Below are positions 1 to 10,218 of a DNA stretch of 64,000 nucleotides, piece by piece (position 1 is the first letter of the stretch; the number at the start of each line of letters is the position of its first letter). This DNA is from Patescibacteria group bacterium. Lineage in GTDB: Bacteria > Patescibacteriota > Minisyncoccia > Phycocordibacterales > UBA9973. A model generated the notes under the pieces. It worked only from the letters and a program-made list of their open reading frames with translations. It was not told the DNA's origin and did no database searches. Location of the stretch: the NCBI GenBank assembly GCA_040384805.1, contig JAZKIP010000004.1, forward strand, positions 10,255 to 74,254, read 5' to 3'. Position numbers and translations under genes: made by a program.

Positions 1-870
1 CTCGAAGAGTGCCGGTTCGATCCCCATGTCTTCGAGCTTCACTCGGATTGATTTCGGATTAAGTATGCGCATCACGATCGATTCGCCGTAGGCTCCCGGA
101 ATAAGAGAGACGCGAAGGCTGATTTCGTCCTCATCGAGGAATATGCTGAATCGGCCGTCCTGAGCGATCGACTGCGATGTGATCTTAAGTCCCGAAAGGA
201 GCTTGATGCGGGAATTGAGAAATTTATGGATTCCGGGATTGATCTCCATGACTTCTTGGAGAATGCCATCGAGACGGAAGCGCAGGCGCACCGTGTGCTC
301 TTCGGGTTCGAAATGGAGATCCGATGCGTTGATGGCGATCGCGCCCGCAAGGGCGACCTCAAGAATATGGGACGTGGTATGAGACTTGTCGCGCTCTACT
401 TCGACAATCTTGTTTCGAATGTCGTCGATATTGTTGATGCCCTCCATTATCTTCTTGAGCGATTCACCGGAAATGGCGATTGAGCCTGCCCGCGACTCGG
501 ACGCGTACGACATTTCCTTGTATCTCTCCCATGCCTTCTTGAGGCTTGCCTGCGATGACATATAGAAGTGGGGGATATAGTTGTGCTCCTGGAAATATTT
601 TTTCAAATCTTCCAGTTTCCCGGGCTGCGGAGATCGCACTGCCACATGGATGTCCTTGCCGACGAGCTTGAAGGGAGCGATTTCCTGCTCCTCGGCATCT
701 TTCTGGTCAATTGAACGCAAGGCGTTGTTGTCGATCGGCATTCCCGAGAGATTGATCGCCGGCACTCCGTATTTTGATTCGGCGAGCGCCTCCACAAGTT
801 CCTCTTCCTCTTCTTTTCGCAGATCCGTCAGTTCCTTTTTTTCCTTGTCGTCGTCGAATGTGATGGTCAT
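1..870 (-). CDS. GspE/PilB-family pilus assembly ATPase, N-terminal part (runs off left edge)
   Basis: Read manually from ATG at 870: MTITFDDDKEKK...ASDLHFEP...RLRFRLDGIL...QDGRF...LRVSLIPGAYGESIVMRIL; absent from ORF track because truncated. Confidence 0.9.
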   Translation of the reverse strand, partial: MTITFDDDKEKKELTDLRKEEEEELVEALAESKYGVPAINLSGMPIDNNALRSIDQKDAEEQEIAPFKLVGKDIHVAVRSPQPGKLEDLKKYFQEHNYIPHFYMSSQASLKKAWERYKEMSYASESRAGSIAISGESLKKIMEGINNIDDIRNKIVEVERDKSHTTSHILEVALAGAIAINASDLHFEPEEHTVRLRFRLDGILQEVMEINPGIHKFLNSRIKLLSGLKITSQSIAQDGRFSIFLDEDEISLRVSLIPGAYGESIVMRILNPKSIRVKLEDMGIEPALFE

Positions 871-910
871 TGTAGAGTTAGTATATCGCAAAAAACACAC
901 ATACCGTGAC

Positions 911-939
911 TTGACAAAGGTAGTTTTAGATGCTATCAT
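911..939 (+). promoter_or_regulatory. sigma70-type promoter
   Basis: TTGACA-17 bp-TATCAT upstream of ORF 1021. Confidence 0.7.
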
Positions 940-1020
940 TTTTTCAAATGTCTTAATTTAAGTGTTGTATTTGCTGCTCGCATGCCGGGCTATGAATACA
1001 ACAATTAAATTAAGAAATAT

Positions 1021-1641
1021 ATGAAAACTAAAAAACCCTTGATCTTGGCTCTCATGGTAATAAGTGCTTACCTACTCCTGATGGCGTGTAATAGAAAGAC
1101 AGCTCCGCAAATTGCTCCAATCCCGCAGTACCTGAAAGAGGCAGACGACGGCACGAAGCCGTGGACCCAAGCAGACATGGATCTCTTTAACTCTCTCCCT
1201 GATTTGTTACAAAGGCTGAAGGATTCGGGAACCTTCGTTCCCAATGTTACTATCACCATAGATCTCGGCCTAACCCAACTCCCGAAAGTATTTTTTGGAA
1301 GAGATGGGTCGATTAACAAACTTCGTGTAAACGATTTGATCTTGAGAACAGTTCCTAAGGGAACTCCCGGCAAGTTTACCGATTTAGAAACGGGAGATCA
1401 GTATGAGAACGTTATGATCGTCAAGTATTCCTTGAATGATGCGTCATATACGTTTTCGTATTGGGCCAGAGACGGTCTCTTTAAAATGAACTCAAACGCC
1501 GTGTTAAAGTTTGAAGGCGTTGATTATCCTGTTACTGCCAAAACTGACGGTGAGTCGATCCTCTACTACAGGGGATTCGAGAAGGATACAACAATTATCC
1601 ACCGAAGCCAGGCTGAAGGGGTAAGACCAGGGAAACGTTGA
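1021..1641 (+). CDS. hypothetical lipoprotein
   Basis: Basic N-terminus, hydrophobic stretch, lipobox-like LMAC. Confidence 0.7.
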   Translation: MKTKKPLILALMVISAYLLLMACNRKTAPQIAPIPQYLKEADDGTKPWTQADMDLFNSLPDLLQRLKDSGTFVPNVTITIDLGLTQLPKVFFGRDGSINKLRVNDLILRTVPKGTPGKFTDLETGDQYENVMIVKYSLNDASYTFSYWARDGLFKMNSNAVLKFEGVDYPVTAKTDGESILYYRGFEKDTTIIHRSQAEGVRPGKR

Positions 1642-1795
1642 TCTTTTTATTTTATTTACGCAGAACTAATTTCAGTCACATGCCCTCGCTTGTTAAAAGT
1701 GGAGGCATGTTTTTGTTTATATCTGATTGCATAGAAGCTGATTTATATCCTCTAAAGAGCAATATATACTCTCCAAATGGAGCAAGGATGAGGGG

Positions 1796-1824
1796 TTGAC
1801 AACTTATGCATAAGATGATATGAT
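1796..1824 (+). promoter_or_regulatory. sigma70-type promoter
   Basis: TTGACA-17 bp-TATGAT upstream of ORF 1921. Confidence 0.7.
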
Positions 1825-1920
1825 ACGCGCAAAGGTTTTAGTTTTAAATATTGTATTTATTGCTCGAAAATGGGCAGCAAATACAATATTTAAAACTTAA
1901 AAAACCTAAACCCGTAGCAA

Positions 1921-2655
1921 ATGAAAAAAATAATAGTTTTTTTGACTGTCGTTCTAGGAGGATTACAGTCAAATGCCCAAGTAGGGCCTGTATTTCAGTA
2001 CACGACTCCGAGCAAGAGTGAGATTCTGGATTTGGCGACAAGCCAAACTCCGAAAGGAAAGGCTTTCGCCAGATATCTTATATCTCAAACGAATGTAGGA
2101 TTAAAGGATACTTCGTATCGGGTCTCTTCGGTAGAGGAGATATTTCAGAATCTGTATTGGGAAGATGTAACGCTTATCGGCGGAACATATATCAATTCAG
2201 GATATGATCCCCAAAAAGGACGAATGGTTCCCAGTATAGGGAATGCATGGAGTGGCTTTGCATGGGTATACCGTGTAGGGACATTTGTAATCCCCCTTTT
2301 AAAAGGAGATTGTGCAAATGTTCTGACTGGTCTTGGGTCAAGATTAAGAATAACATTGACATCCCCTGTGATAATTCCTTCCAAGATTCCTTCTGACAAT
2401 AGGTTGCTGCGATATGAATCTACTGAGAAGAAACAATTAGTGCCTTTTACACCGACGGCCAATACGCAAGTGCCGCAAGTTGAAAAGAAAAAATTCCCAT
2501 GGGTCTTGGTCATTGTAGGTTCTGTAGTAACGACAACCGGTATTTACTTCCTTGCAAAGGGAAGTCCTGATCGGGGTGGTCCTGCTGGAGCCCCTGCGAC
2601 AGTCTTACCCCCTGCTGGTGGTCCTGCTGGAGCCCCGCCGACAACCGGACGGTGA
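1921..2655 (+). CDS. hypothetical exported protein with C-terminal membrane anchor and GGPAGAP repeat
   Basis: Signal peptide-like N-terminus, TM segment FPWVLVIVGSVV..., two GGPAGAP repeats. Confidence 0.7.
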   Translation: MKKIIVFLTVVLGGLQSNAQVGPVFQYTTPSKSEILDLATSQTPKGKAFARYLISQTNVGLKDTSYRVSSVEEIFQNLYWEDVTLIGGTYINSGYDPQKGRMVPSIGNAWSGFAWVYRVGTFVIPLLKGDCANVLTGLGSRLRITLTSPVIIPSKIPSDNRLLRYESTEKKQLVPFTPTANTQVPQVEKKKFPWVLVIVGSVVTTTGIYFLAKGSPDRGGPAGAPATVLPPAGGPAGAPPTTGR

Positions 2656-2882
2656 ACTAGTTATTCGGGTGGCGGTATCGGAGGTTTAATTCAGAAAGGA
2701 TTAAAGAAATTACGCCTCCAGCTATTTACTGCGAAAAGAGCTTTTTGATCTTTATTGTAAAAAATTACTGCAGGATAAAAACCTATTATCTATCGATAAT
2801 AGCTATCCTGCACTTCTTTAAGTCTTGAACGTCTTCGCGGCGTTGAAGGTTTAAAATTGTAAGTTTAATTAATTATAAGTTT

Positions 2883-5249
2883 ATGAAAAATCATATGAAA
2901 AAAATAATAGTCGGAATCTTCAGCCTTGCTTTGCTTCTTGCTTCGCACAGCGCTTTTGCTTCGTGGAACACGGAGCCGAATGACTGTAAAAGCATCAGCA
3001 TCATCAATGCAACAACAAATCAGGGGTATCAGAATCCTTGTTGGCCGCTTTCGTCTGTATCAGCACGACCGGGCGATGTCATAAACGTAAGAATTTATTA
3101 TCACAATACAGGAACCCAGGCGGCGAACACGCGCATCGTTTTGAGCGCTCCTTCGATGGCAAGTTCTTCATCGTCAAAGTCCTTCACGGGACGAATCGTG
3201 TCTGATCAGGGCAGCTTGTCCTTCGGACCGGTAACGGCGAATCTTTCTTCGTCACAGTCTTTAACTTTCATTTCAAGCAAATGGTATACGGAGAACACGA
3301 ACGAAACATTGACACCTCTTCTTGGAGGTCAGAGCGGTTCCGAAGTTCTTACTGAAAACGGTTTGGACATAGGTTCTATCGCTCCGGGATGGAGCACTCA
3401 GGGATCGGTCGTTATCGCATTCCGCGTAAGTTCTTCGAACTCAACCGTTCAAACATGTCAGGATTCAAGCGCTACGAACTTCGGCGGACCGCTTCCGTGT
3501 ACATATGGTAACCAGTCTCAGATGTCAGGTACGCTTACTGCAAATCCGTCATACTGTACTATTCCTGCCGGAAGCTCGACATGCAGCACTATCCTTGCAT
3601 GGAACACTCTTAATCCGGTAAGCACGTCGGCAGTGACCACTCCAGGTCTTGGCACGGTAGCAACGGGCAACTCGGGCTCCCAGCAAGTCAATGTTCCATA
3701 TGGCAATCAGGTATTTTATCTCTACAATAACGGACAGCTTCTGCATCAGGCGACGGTTAACGCGTCATGCGGATCCGGATCATCATGGAACGGATCATCG
3801 TGCGTATCGACCCAGGTCAATAACTGCTACATTTCTAATTTCACTGCAAGCCAGACTCAGGTTTCGCAAGGCTCTTCTGTCACGATCAACTGGAATACGC
3901 AGAACTGCACATCGGTAAACGTGTACGGACCGGGGGGCCTCAACAGCAACAGCACGAGCGGCAACCAGACGGTATATCCGAACTCGGGAACCAACACATA
4001 TACGATTACTGCGAACGGACAGAACGGCGCCGCGCAGACTCAATCGCTTTCTGTCTACGTTAATCAAACATCAAACTGTACAATTTCAAACTTCACAGCT
4101 AACGGTTCATCCTCAGCCTACATTACCTCGGGCTCGCCGGTAACCATCTCATGGAATGCAGGCAACTTTAGCTATGTTACTGTCTCGGGACCGGGACTCA
4201 ATAGTAATAGCTTAAGCGGCAGCCAAGTGATTTACCCGACATATTCAGGAACGTATACTCTGACAGCATCGGGTTCTAATTGCGGAAATCAGACTCGCTC
4301 TGTTCAAGTAAATGTAAACAACACTATTATTCCTCAGCCTCCTGTTGTTGTTGCCGCGTGCGCCGTCACGACGATCGCGACGAATGTCACTCAGACAACT
4401 GCCATCCTCAACGGCCTTGTCTCAGGAACGCCATACGGAAGCGTTACAGGATACTTCGAATACGGACCAACAGTCGCCATGGGCTTGCGAACGCCGACGC
4501 GAACGATGAATGTTGGCCCGATTACGGAAATTGTAAGCGGCCTTGCTCCCAATACGATCTATTATTTCCGATTCTCAGCTAACTGCGGCAACGGGTTCTC
4601 AAGCGGAGCTATTCAGACTTTGAGCACTCTCGGTGCTGTACGAGTTGTCACGACTACGACAAACCCGGTCGTTGTCCAAGGCACGACGGTTATCGGCACT
4701 CAGTCTCCAATCATGCTTACGATCGAGAATCGATACGAATTTCTCGGTGTCGGCGATACCGTTGACTACACTGTCACGTATCGCAACATCGGACGGTCTC
4801 TTTTGACCCGTCCGGTTCTGCAGGTCGTTGTTCCGAAGGGCGTTGTGATCACGAACGCGTCGCGAGGTACCTACTCCGTCGATACCAATACGCTTACTGT
4901 TCCCCTTGAGGATCTCCTTCCGGGCGCAGGCGGCACTGTATATCTACAGGGACGTGTTGATCTCGTCGCTCCGGGCGATGCTCAGATCGTGACGACTGCG
5001 ATCCTCGTATATACGAATCCAAACGGTGCGCAAGAAAACGCAATTGCCTATGCGCTTAACAGACCAAAGGATAATAATACCATCAACACTCTCGGAGCTT
5101 CCGCTTTCTTTGGAGGAATCTTCCCCTCGACTCTTTTGGGATGGTTGCTTCTCCTTCTCTTGATCCTGCTCTTGATCTTGGCGACACGCCGCTACTATAA
5201 CCGCAGACCGGTTGTCGTACAGCCTCCGCACGGACCAATGACGCACTAA
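2883..5249 (+). CDS. Ser/Thr/Asn-rich cell-surface protein (Ig/FN3-like repeats, DUF11-like domain, C-terminal TM)
   Basis: Signal peptide, repeated CxISNFTA...VTISW units, GDTVDYTVTYRN DUF11-like motif, Leu-rich TM near C-terminus. Confidence 0.8.
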   Translation: MKNHMKKIIVGIFSLALLLASHSAFASWNTEPNDCKSISIINATTNQGYQNPCWPLSSVSARPGDVINVRIYYHNTGTQAANTRIVLSAPSMASSSSSKSFTGRIVSDQGSLSFGPVTANLSSSQSLTFISSKWYTENTNETLTPLLGGQSGSEVLTENGLDIGSIAPGWSTQGSVVIAFRVSSSNSTVQTCQDSSATNFGGPLPCTYGNQSQMSGTLTANPSYCTIPAGSSTCSTILAWNTLNPVSTSAVTTPGLGTVATGNSGSQQVNVPYGNQVFYLYNNGQLLHQATVNASCGSGSSWNGSSCVSTQVNNCYISNFTASQTQVSQGSSVTINWNTQNCTSVNVYGPGGLNSNSTSGNQTVYPNSGTNTYTITANGQNGAAQTQSLSVYVNQTSNCTISNFTANGSSSAYITSGSPVTISWNAGNFSYVTVSGPGLNSNSLSGSQVIYPTYSGTYTLTASGSNCGNQTRSVQVNVNNTIIPQPPVVVAACAVTTIATNVTQTTAILNGLVSGTPYGSVTGYFEYGPTVAMGLRTPTRTMNVGPITEIVSGLAPNTIYYFRFSANCGNGFSSGAIQTLSTLGAVRVVTTTTNPVVVQGTTVIGTQSPIMLTIENRYEFLGVGDTVDYTVTYRNIGRSLLTRPVLQVVVPKGVVITNASRGTYSVDTNTLTVPLEDLLPGAGGTVYLQGRVDLVAPGDAQIVTTAILVYTNPNGAQENAIAYALNRPKDNNTINTLGASAFFGGIFPSTLLGWLLLLLLILLLILATRRYYNRRPVVVQPPHGPMTH

Positions 5250-5262
5250 TCATACTGATTAC

Positions 5263-5294
5263 TAAAACACCCCGATCATGATCGGGGTGTTTTA
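5263..5294. terminator. perfect 32-bp palindrome, probable terminator
   Basis: TAAAACACCCCGATCA|TGATCGGGGTGTTTTA just after stop at 5249. Confidence 0.7.
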
Positions 5295-5309
5295 TGTTAG
5301 GATAATGGC

Positions 5310-5744
5310 ATGAGAATCTTCACCCGTGACGAACTGCCTCTTATTGCCCGCGAAATCTTAGGAACCGCCACAGATGCGCTTGCACAAAGCGCTTCCATCA
5401 TCGCTCTTTCGGGCGATCTCGGCTCGGGCAAGACAACCCTTGTCCAAGAAATCGCCAGAAGCCTTGGCATCAGGGAACACATCATATCGCCGACATTCGT
5501 CATTATGAAGATCTATGCCATACGTGCGGATTCATATCCATGGAAAAAGCTTGTTCACATTGATGCCTACCGGCTTGCGAGCGGAGAGGAATTAATAAAG
5601 CTCGGATGGAAGGAGATCCAAGAAGATAAGGATAACCTCGTGATCATCGAATGGCCGGAACATGTCCAAAGTTCTCTCGCGGCATCAGCGCTTAAAATAT
5701 CTCTTTCTCATGATGCGGAAGAAACAAGGATAATAACCTTGTAA
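5310..5744 (+). CDS. tsaE: tRNA threonylcarbamoyladenosine biosynthesis ATPase TsaE
   Basis: GDLGSGKTT, SPTF, HIDAYRL, IIEWPE motifs. Confidence 0.95.
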   Translation: MRIFTRDELPLIAREILGTATDALAQSASIIALSGDLGSGKTTLVQEIARSLGIREHIISPTFVIMKIYAIRADSYPWKKLVHIDAYRLASGEELIKLGWKEIQEDKDNLVIIEWPEHVQSSLAASALKISLSHDAEETRIITL

Positions 5745-5850
5745 TATCGGTTCGCTAATCTTCCGTATTCCATTTAAGGTGACGATCGTCACCTTAAATG
5801 GAATTTTGACGTTACTCTTTCATCTTCTCCGAAATGCTATACTTAAGAAT

Positions 5851-8268
5851 ATGGCTAAAAAGACGGCAGATAAAAAAAGACTCGTTTTGCTCGATAGCCA
5901 CGCGATTATTCATCGGGCATATCATGCGCGTCCCGAGTTCATGAATTCCAAGGGCGAGCCGACCGGGGCTATCTATGGCCTTGCAACCATGCTCTTTAAG
6001 ATCATCACCGAGCTTAAGCCCGACTATATCATCGCCTGCTACGATCTGCCGAAGAAGACCTTCCGTCATGAAGCGTATGATGACTATAAGAAAGGACGGG
6101 CGAAGACCGATGATGCTCTTGTCGCTCAGCTCATCCGTTCGCGCGAATTTTTCAATGCCTGCTCAATCCCGATTTACGAGCATGAAGGATTCGAAGCCGA
6201 TGATATTCTTGGAACGATTTCGGAATATATCGTAGCAGAGGATAAAGACTGCGATGTCATCATCGCGTCCGGCGACATGGATACTCTGCAGCTTGTCACG
6301 AATGACCGGGTCCAAGTGTATACTCTCAAGAAGGGGATCAATGACACTATTTTATACAATGAGAAAAAAGTCGTAGACCGGTTCGGCTTTATTCCCCAAT
6401 ACTTGCCAGACTATAAGGGCCTCCGCGGAGATCCGTCGGACAACATTATCGGCATTAAGGGCATCGGAGAAAAAACTGCAACGATTCTTATCGGCGAGTT
6501 CGGCACGATCGAAAAGTTGTACGAAACCCTTAAGAAGAGTCCCGAGAAGTTCAAAGCTCTCGGCATATCCGACAGAATATTCGCGTTGCTTAAGGAGGGC
6601 GAAGAGGAAGCGCTTTTCTCAAAAACCCTTGCGACTATCCGTCGCGATGCGCCGATTGATTTTAAGCTGCCGTCGAAGGCATGGAAGGAAGACGTCGACA
6701 GCAGCGCGGTTGCGTCGTTTTTCCGCGAGATGGAATTCAAGAGCCTTCAGGGAAGATTCTTGAGCGTTGTCGGAGGGGACAGTCCTGAAGTTGCGGAAAA
6801 AGGATCGGCTGCAAGCGGCACAGAAACAGTCACAGAAGAAATATCATACAGCGAAGAGGATAAGGAAAAAATAGCCAAGGCTAAGATTGCCTTTTGGCTC
6901 CTTAATTCAGAGGCAACCGATCCGGATCTCGATGACGTTATCCGCTACAAGGGAGCGGTCACTCTCGATGAAGCGCTCATAAAACTTGAGTCGGATATTG
7001 AAAAGAATAATCTCTCATATGTCTATTACAACATAGAGATACCCCTGATTCCTCTTATTGCGTCGATGGAGAAAGTCGGAATTCTGATCGATAAGAAGTA
7101 CCTTGAAAAGATTTCAAAGGAATATCATCGCGAGCTGCAAAAGATAGAAAATAGCATCTGGAAGCTTGTCGGAAGGGAATTCAATGTCAATTCGCCCAAA
7201 CAGTTGGGAGAGGTCCTTTTCGACGATCTCGGCCTTACTGTTAAGGGAATGAAGAAGTCCGCGGGAGGCGCGCGCTCGACCCGCGAAAGCGAGCTTGAAA
7301 AACTGCGTGACCTCCATCCTGTCATCTCGATGATTCTAGAGTACCGGGAACTTCAGAAATTGCTCTCTACATATATCGATACCATCCCCCATGCTATTGC
7401 TCCGGACGGACGACTTCACGCGCGATTCATTCAGGCGGGCACGACGACCGGGCGCTTCTCATCGTACAATCCGAACTTGCAGAATATACCGATCAAGAGC
7501 GAACGAGGGAAGAATATCAGGAATGCATTTATCGCGTCACCCGGATTTGTCTTGGCGTCATTCGACTATTCGCAGATTGAGCTTCGGGTAGCGGCGCTTC
7601 TGTCGCAGGATTCATATTTCATTCAGGCGTTCCGGGACAAAAAGGATATTCACGCGGCTGTTGCCATGAAAGTTTTCAATGTTGATGAGAATCACGTAAC
7701 AGCGGACATGCGTCGAAGGAGTAAGGTTATAAACTTCGGCATTCTCTACGGCATGGGAGTCAATGCTCTTCGGACCAATCTCGGCACTGACCGGAAAGAT
7801 GCTCAGATTTTTTACGACAACTATTTCTCTGAGTTCCCGACGATCGCCGCCTATCTTAAAAGCATTGCGAATTTCGCCCGAGAGAATGGCTACACAGAAA
7901 CTCTCTTCGGCCGCAAGCGCTATTTCCCCGGTATCCGATCGCCATTGCCCTTCGTGCGCGCTATGGCTGAGCGCATGGCGACAAACGCTCCTATCCAAGG
8001 GACGGCGACGGCTGACATCGTCAAGATCGGCATGAAGAAAGCGCATGACGAGCTTAAGAAAGCCGGAATTCTTGACGATACGCGCCTCGTATTACAGGTT
8101 CATGACGAGCTTATCTATGAAATACGGGAAAGTGCGGTCACGCAGGCTATGAACATCATTGAAAACGCCATGAGGGACGCGATTCCGTCCCAATTTCTAA
8201 AGGGCATAGAGCCTGTTCCTCTCGACGTATCGTCGTGTTTCGGCAAGACATGGGGCGATCTTAAATAG
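5851..8268 (+). CDS. polA: DNA polymerase I
   Basis: 5'-3' exonuclease (EADD, SGDMD, GDPSDNI, GIGEKTA) and Pol A motifs (DYSQIELR, NFGILYG, QVHDEL); ATG at 5851 chosen after TATACT. Confidence 0.97.
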   Translation: MAKKTADKKRLVLLDSHAIIHRAYHARPEFMNSKGEPTGAIYGLATMLFKIITELKPDYIIACYDLPKKTFRHEAYDDYKKGRAKTDDALVAQLIRSREFFNACSIPIYEHEGFEADDILGTISEYIVAEDKDCDVIIASGDMDTLQLVTNDRVQVYTLKKGINDTILYNEKKVVDRFGFIPQYLPDYKGLRGDPSDNIIGIKGIGEKTATILIGEFGTIEKLYETLKKSPEKFKALGISDRIFALLKEGEEEALFSKTLATIRRDAPIDFKLPSKAWKEDVDSSAVASFFREMEFKSLQGRFLSVVGGDSPEVAEKGSAASGTETVTEEISYSEEDKEKIAKAKIAFWLLNSEATDPDLDDVIRYKGAVTLDEALIKLESDIEKNNLSYVYYNIEIPLIPLIASMEKVGILIDKKYLEKISKEYHRELQKIENSIWKLVGREFNVNSPKQLGEVLFDDLGLTVKGMKKSAGGARSTRESELEKLRDLHPVISMILEYRELQKLLSTYIDTIPHAIAPDGRLHARFIQAGTTTGRFSSYNPNLQNIPIKSERGKNIRNAFIASPGFVLASFDYSQIELRVAALLSQDSYFIQAFRDKKDIHAAVAMKVFNVDENHVTADMRRRSKVINFGILYGMGVNALRTNLGTDRKDAQIFYDNYFSEFPTIAAYLKSIANFARENGYTETLFGRKRYFPGIRSPLPFVRAMAERMATNAPIQGTATADIVKIGMKKAHDELKKAGILDDTRLVLQVHDELIYEIRESAVTQAMNIIENAMRDAIPSQFLKGIEPVPLDVSSCFGKTWGDLK

Positions 8269-8303
8269 TAGCGGAAAGTCGCCAGTGTGATAGGATTATA
8301 AGT

Positions 8304-8804
8304 ATGAAAACCGAAGTCTCTCTGAAAAAAGAGTATGAAAAAATAAGATCCGGCATGGTTCATATCGTCCTTTCTTATTCGTATGTCATGTTTCTTATGG
8401 CTGTCGTCGCGGGACTTGTTCTTGATCTTGTATATCATATCACTATCTTTTCCGGACCGTTTTATTCATATGCCGGATTCATCATGATCGTAGCGGGATC
8501 ATACCTTGTCTATTGGGCCCAATCGACATCCCGCTGTACGAAAGAAGAGATGAAGAAAGGACTCACTGGGCGTGATTTTGAGCGCGGGCCCTACAAATAC
8601 AGCCGTAATCCGACGCATCTCGGTCTCACGCTCATGACGCTCGGATTGGGATTGATACTGCACTCGTTTTTTTCCGTTGTGTGCATTATTGTCGCCTCTG
8701 TTATCAGCAAGTTTATCTTCCTAAAAAAGGAAGAACGTTTGCTTGAGAAAAAATATGGACAGACCTATTGTGAGTATAAGAGAAAAGTAAGAACGTGGGT
8801 ATGA
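8304..8804 (+). CDS. isoprenylcysteine carboxyl methyltransferase/PEMT-family membrane protein
   Basis: GPYKYSRNP and EERLL...YG..Y..Y motifs, several TM helices. Confidence 0.8.
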   Translation: MKTEVSLKKEYEKIRSGMVHIVLSYSYVMFLMAVVAGLVLDLVYHITIFSGPFYSYAGFIMIVAGSYLVYWAQSTSRCTKEEMKKGLTGRDFERGPYKYSRNPTHLGLTLMTLGLGLILHSFFSVVCIIVASVISKFIFLKKEERLLEKKYGQTYCEYKRKVRTWV

Positions 8805-9442
8805 TTCATATTCTTGTCGGCGCCGATACGAAGAAAAGAAGCGCTTTCTTGAAAACACTGATTGGTTCGCGCGAGTCTCTTCGCCTTGAAGGCGCCTCTC
8901 TTTCGGAGAGTGTCGTTGCGCAATATGCCGAGGAAACGAGCCTTTTCGGAGAATCGCCTGTCATTATTCTTGATGGGGCGTTTTCTCAATCAGGCATAGC
9001 TTTCTCAGCGAAATTTTGGGAACAACTTAAAAACTCACTAACCGTTTTTGTCTTTCTGGAAGACAATCTTCGTGCCACTGACGAAAAGAAATATGTAAAA
9101 TACGCTTCTGTCGAGCGATTTGAAGAAAAGAAATCAACGGCAAGAGAGCAGAAAAAAACCGACCCTTTTGCCCTTGCCGAGGCTTTCGGACAGCGAGACA
9201 AGATCGGAGCGTGGATGCTCTACCGCGAAGCAGTTGAGAAAGGAGCTGATCCTGAACCGATCTCGGGAATGCTCTTCTGGAAGATAAAAACGATGACCCT
9301 TACGGGAACTCGCCATTTCGAGGCTATGGAGTTGAAACGGCAATCGCGCGATCTTGTCGATTTATATCACCGGGCTCATCGGGGAGAATGCGACTTTGTC
9401 ATCGGACTTGAAGAGTTTATCCTTTCCTCTCTTTCGAAATAA
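8801..9442 (+). CDS. DNA polymerase III delta subunit-like (short HolA)
   Basis: TSLFG motif, DPFALAEAFG C-terminal domain, ends LEEFIL; ATGA overlap with upstream gene. Confidence 0.65.
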   Translation: MIHILVGADTKKRSAFLKTLIGSRESLRLEGASLSESVVAQYAEETSLFGESPVIILDGAFSQSGIAFSAKFWEQLKNSLTVFVFLEDNLRATDEKKYVKYASVERFEEKKSTAREQKKTDPFALAEAFGQRDKIGAWMLYREAVEKGADPEPISGMLFWKIKTMTLTGTRHFEAMELKRQSRDLVDLYHRAHRGECDFVIGLEEFILSSLSK

Positions 9443-9509
9443 ATGCTAAAATAGAGGAAGCTGGAGAGACCTCATCGGCGATGTAATCTCTCCAGTCGGA
9501 CCCACTTCT

Positions 9510-9767
9510 ATGGAATCTATCTTAAAATCTGACATATTCTTTTTCATTACTTCCATTTCTGTCTGCATCATAACTGTTGGTCTCATCGTCGGCTTTTATT
9601 ATTTGATTAAGATAATGAAAAACATCGCCGATATATCCGAGACGGTCAAAAAATCAGTTCATGCGGCGGAATCGGAAATTGAGGAATTGGCAGAGCGCGT
9701 TTCTGACAGTACAGTGTTTCGAATGTTCTTTGGACGAAAGAAGAAAAAGAAGAAGGAAGTTCGATAA
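9510..9767 (+). CDS. small membrane protein
   Basis: N-terminal TM helix, coiled coil, basic tail. Confidence 0.75.
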   Translation: MESILKSDIFFFITSISVCIITVGLIVGFYYLIKIMKNIADISETVKKSVHAAESEIEELAERVSDSTVFRMFFGRKKKKKKEVR

Positions 9768-9819
9768 TTATTATACATAATATAAAAGTGACAAATACAT
9801 GCGTCATTTTTACACACCT

Positions 9820-10218
9820 ATGGCAAACAATAAAAAGGGGATGAGCACGGGCGCAATGATCGGAGTTGGAGCGGGAATCGCCGCTGCAGCTGCGGCAGGA
9901 TATCTTTTATTCGGTCCTGACGGCAAGAAGAACCGCAAGGCTATCAAAGGATGGGCGGTGAAAATGAAGGGCGAGATCATCGAGAAATTCGAACAGGTCA
10001 AGGACCTGACCGAGCCGGTCTACCAGAAGATCGTTGATGAAGTACAAGCTAAATACTCAAAGATGAAGAATGTCGACCCAAAAGAGCTTCAGGCTCTTGT
10101 CGGAGAGATCCGCAAGCACTGGAAAGCGGTTTCAAAAACGACAACAAAAAAGTCTGCGCCGAAAGTAAAAAAAGCTGCATCAAAAGCAAGTTCAAAAAAG
10201 AAGAGCGTGAAGAAATAA
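9820..10218 (+). CDS. hypothetical protein (YtxH-like N-terminus, Lys-rich tail)
   Basis: GAGIAAAAAAGYLLFGPDGKKNRK; followed by a GC hairpin terminator at about 10222-10260. Confidence 0.7.
   Translation: MANNKKGMSTGAMIGVGAGIAAAAAAGYLLFGPDGKKNRKAIKGWAVKMKGEIIEKFEQVKDLTEPVYQKIVDEVQAKYSKMKNVDPKELQALVGEIRKHWKAVSKTTTKKSAPKVKKAASKASSKKKSVKK

Noticed and set aside
72-961. Short ORFs listed in the track at the left edge
   Set aside because: They are shadows of the truncated minus-strand PilB/GspE gene (870 to <1).
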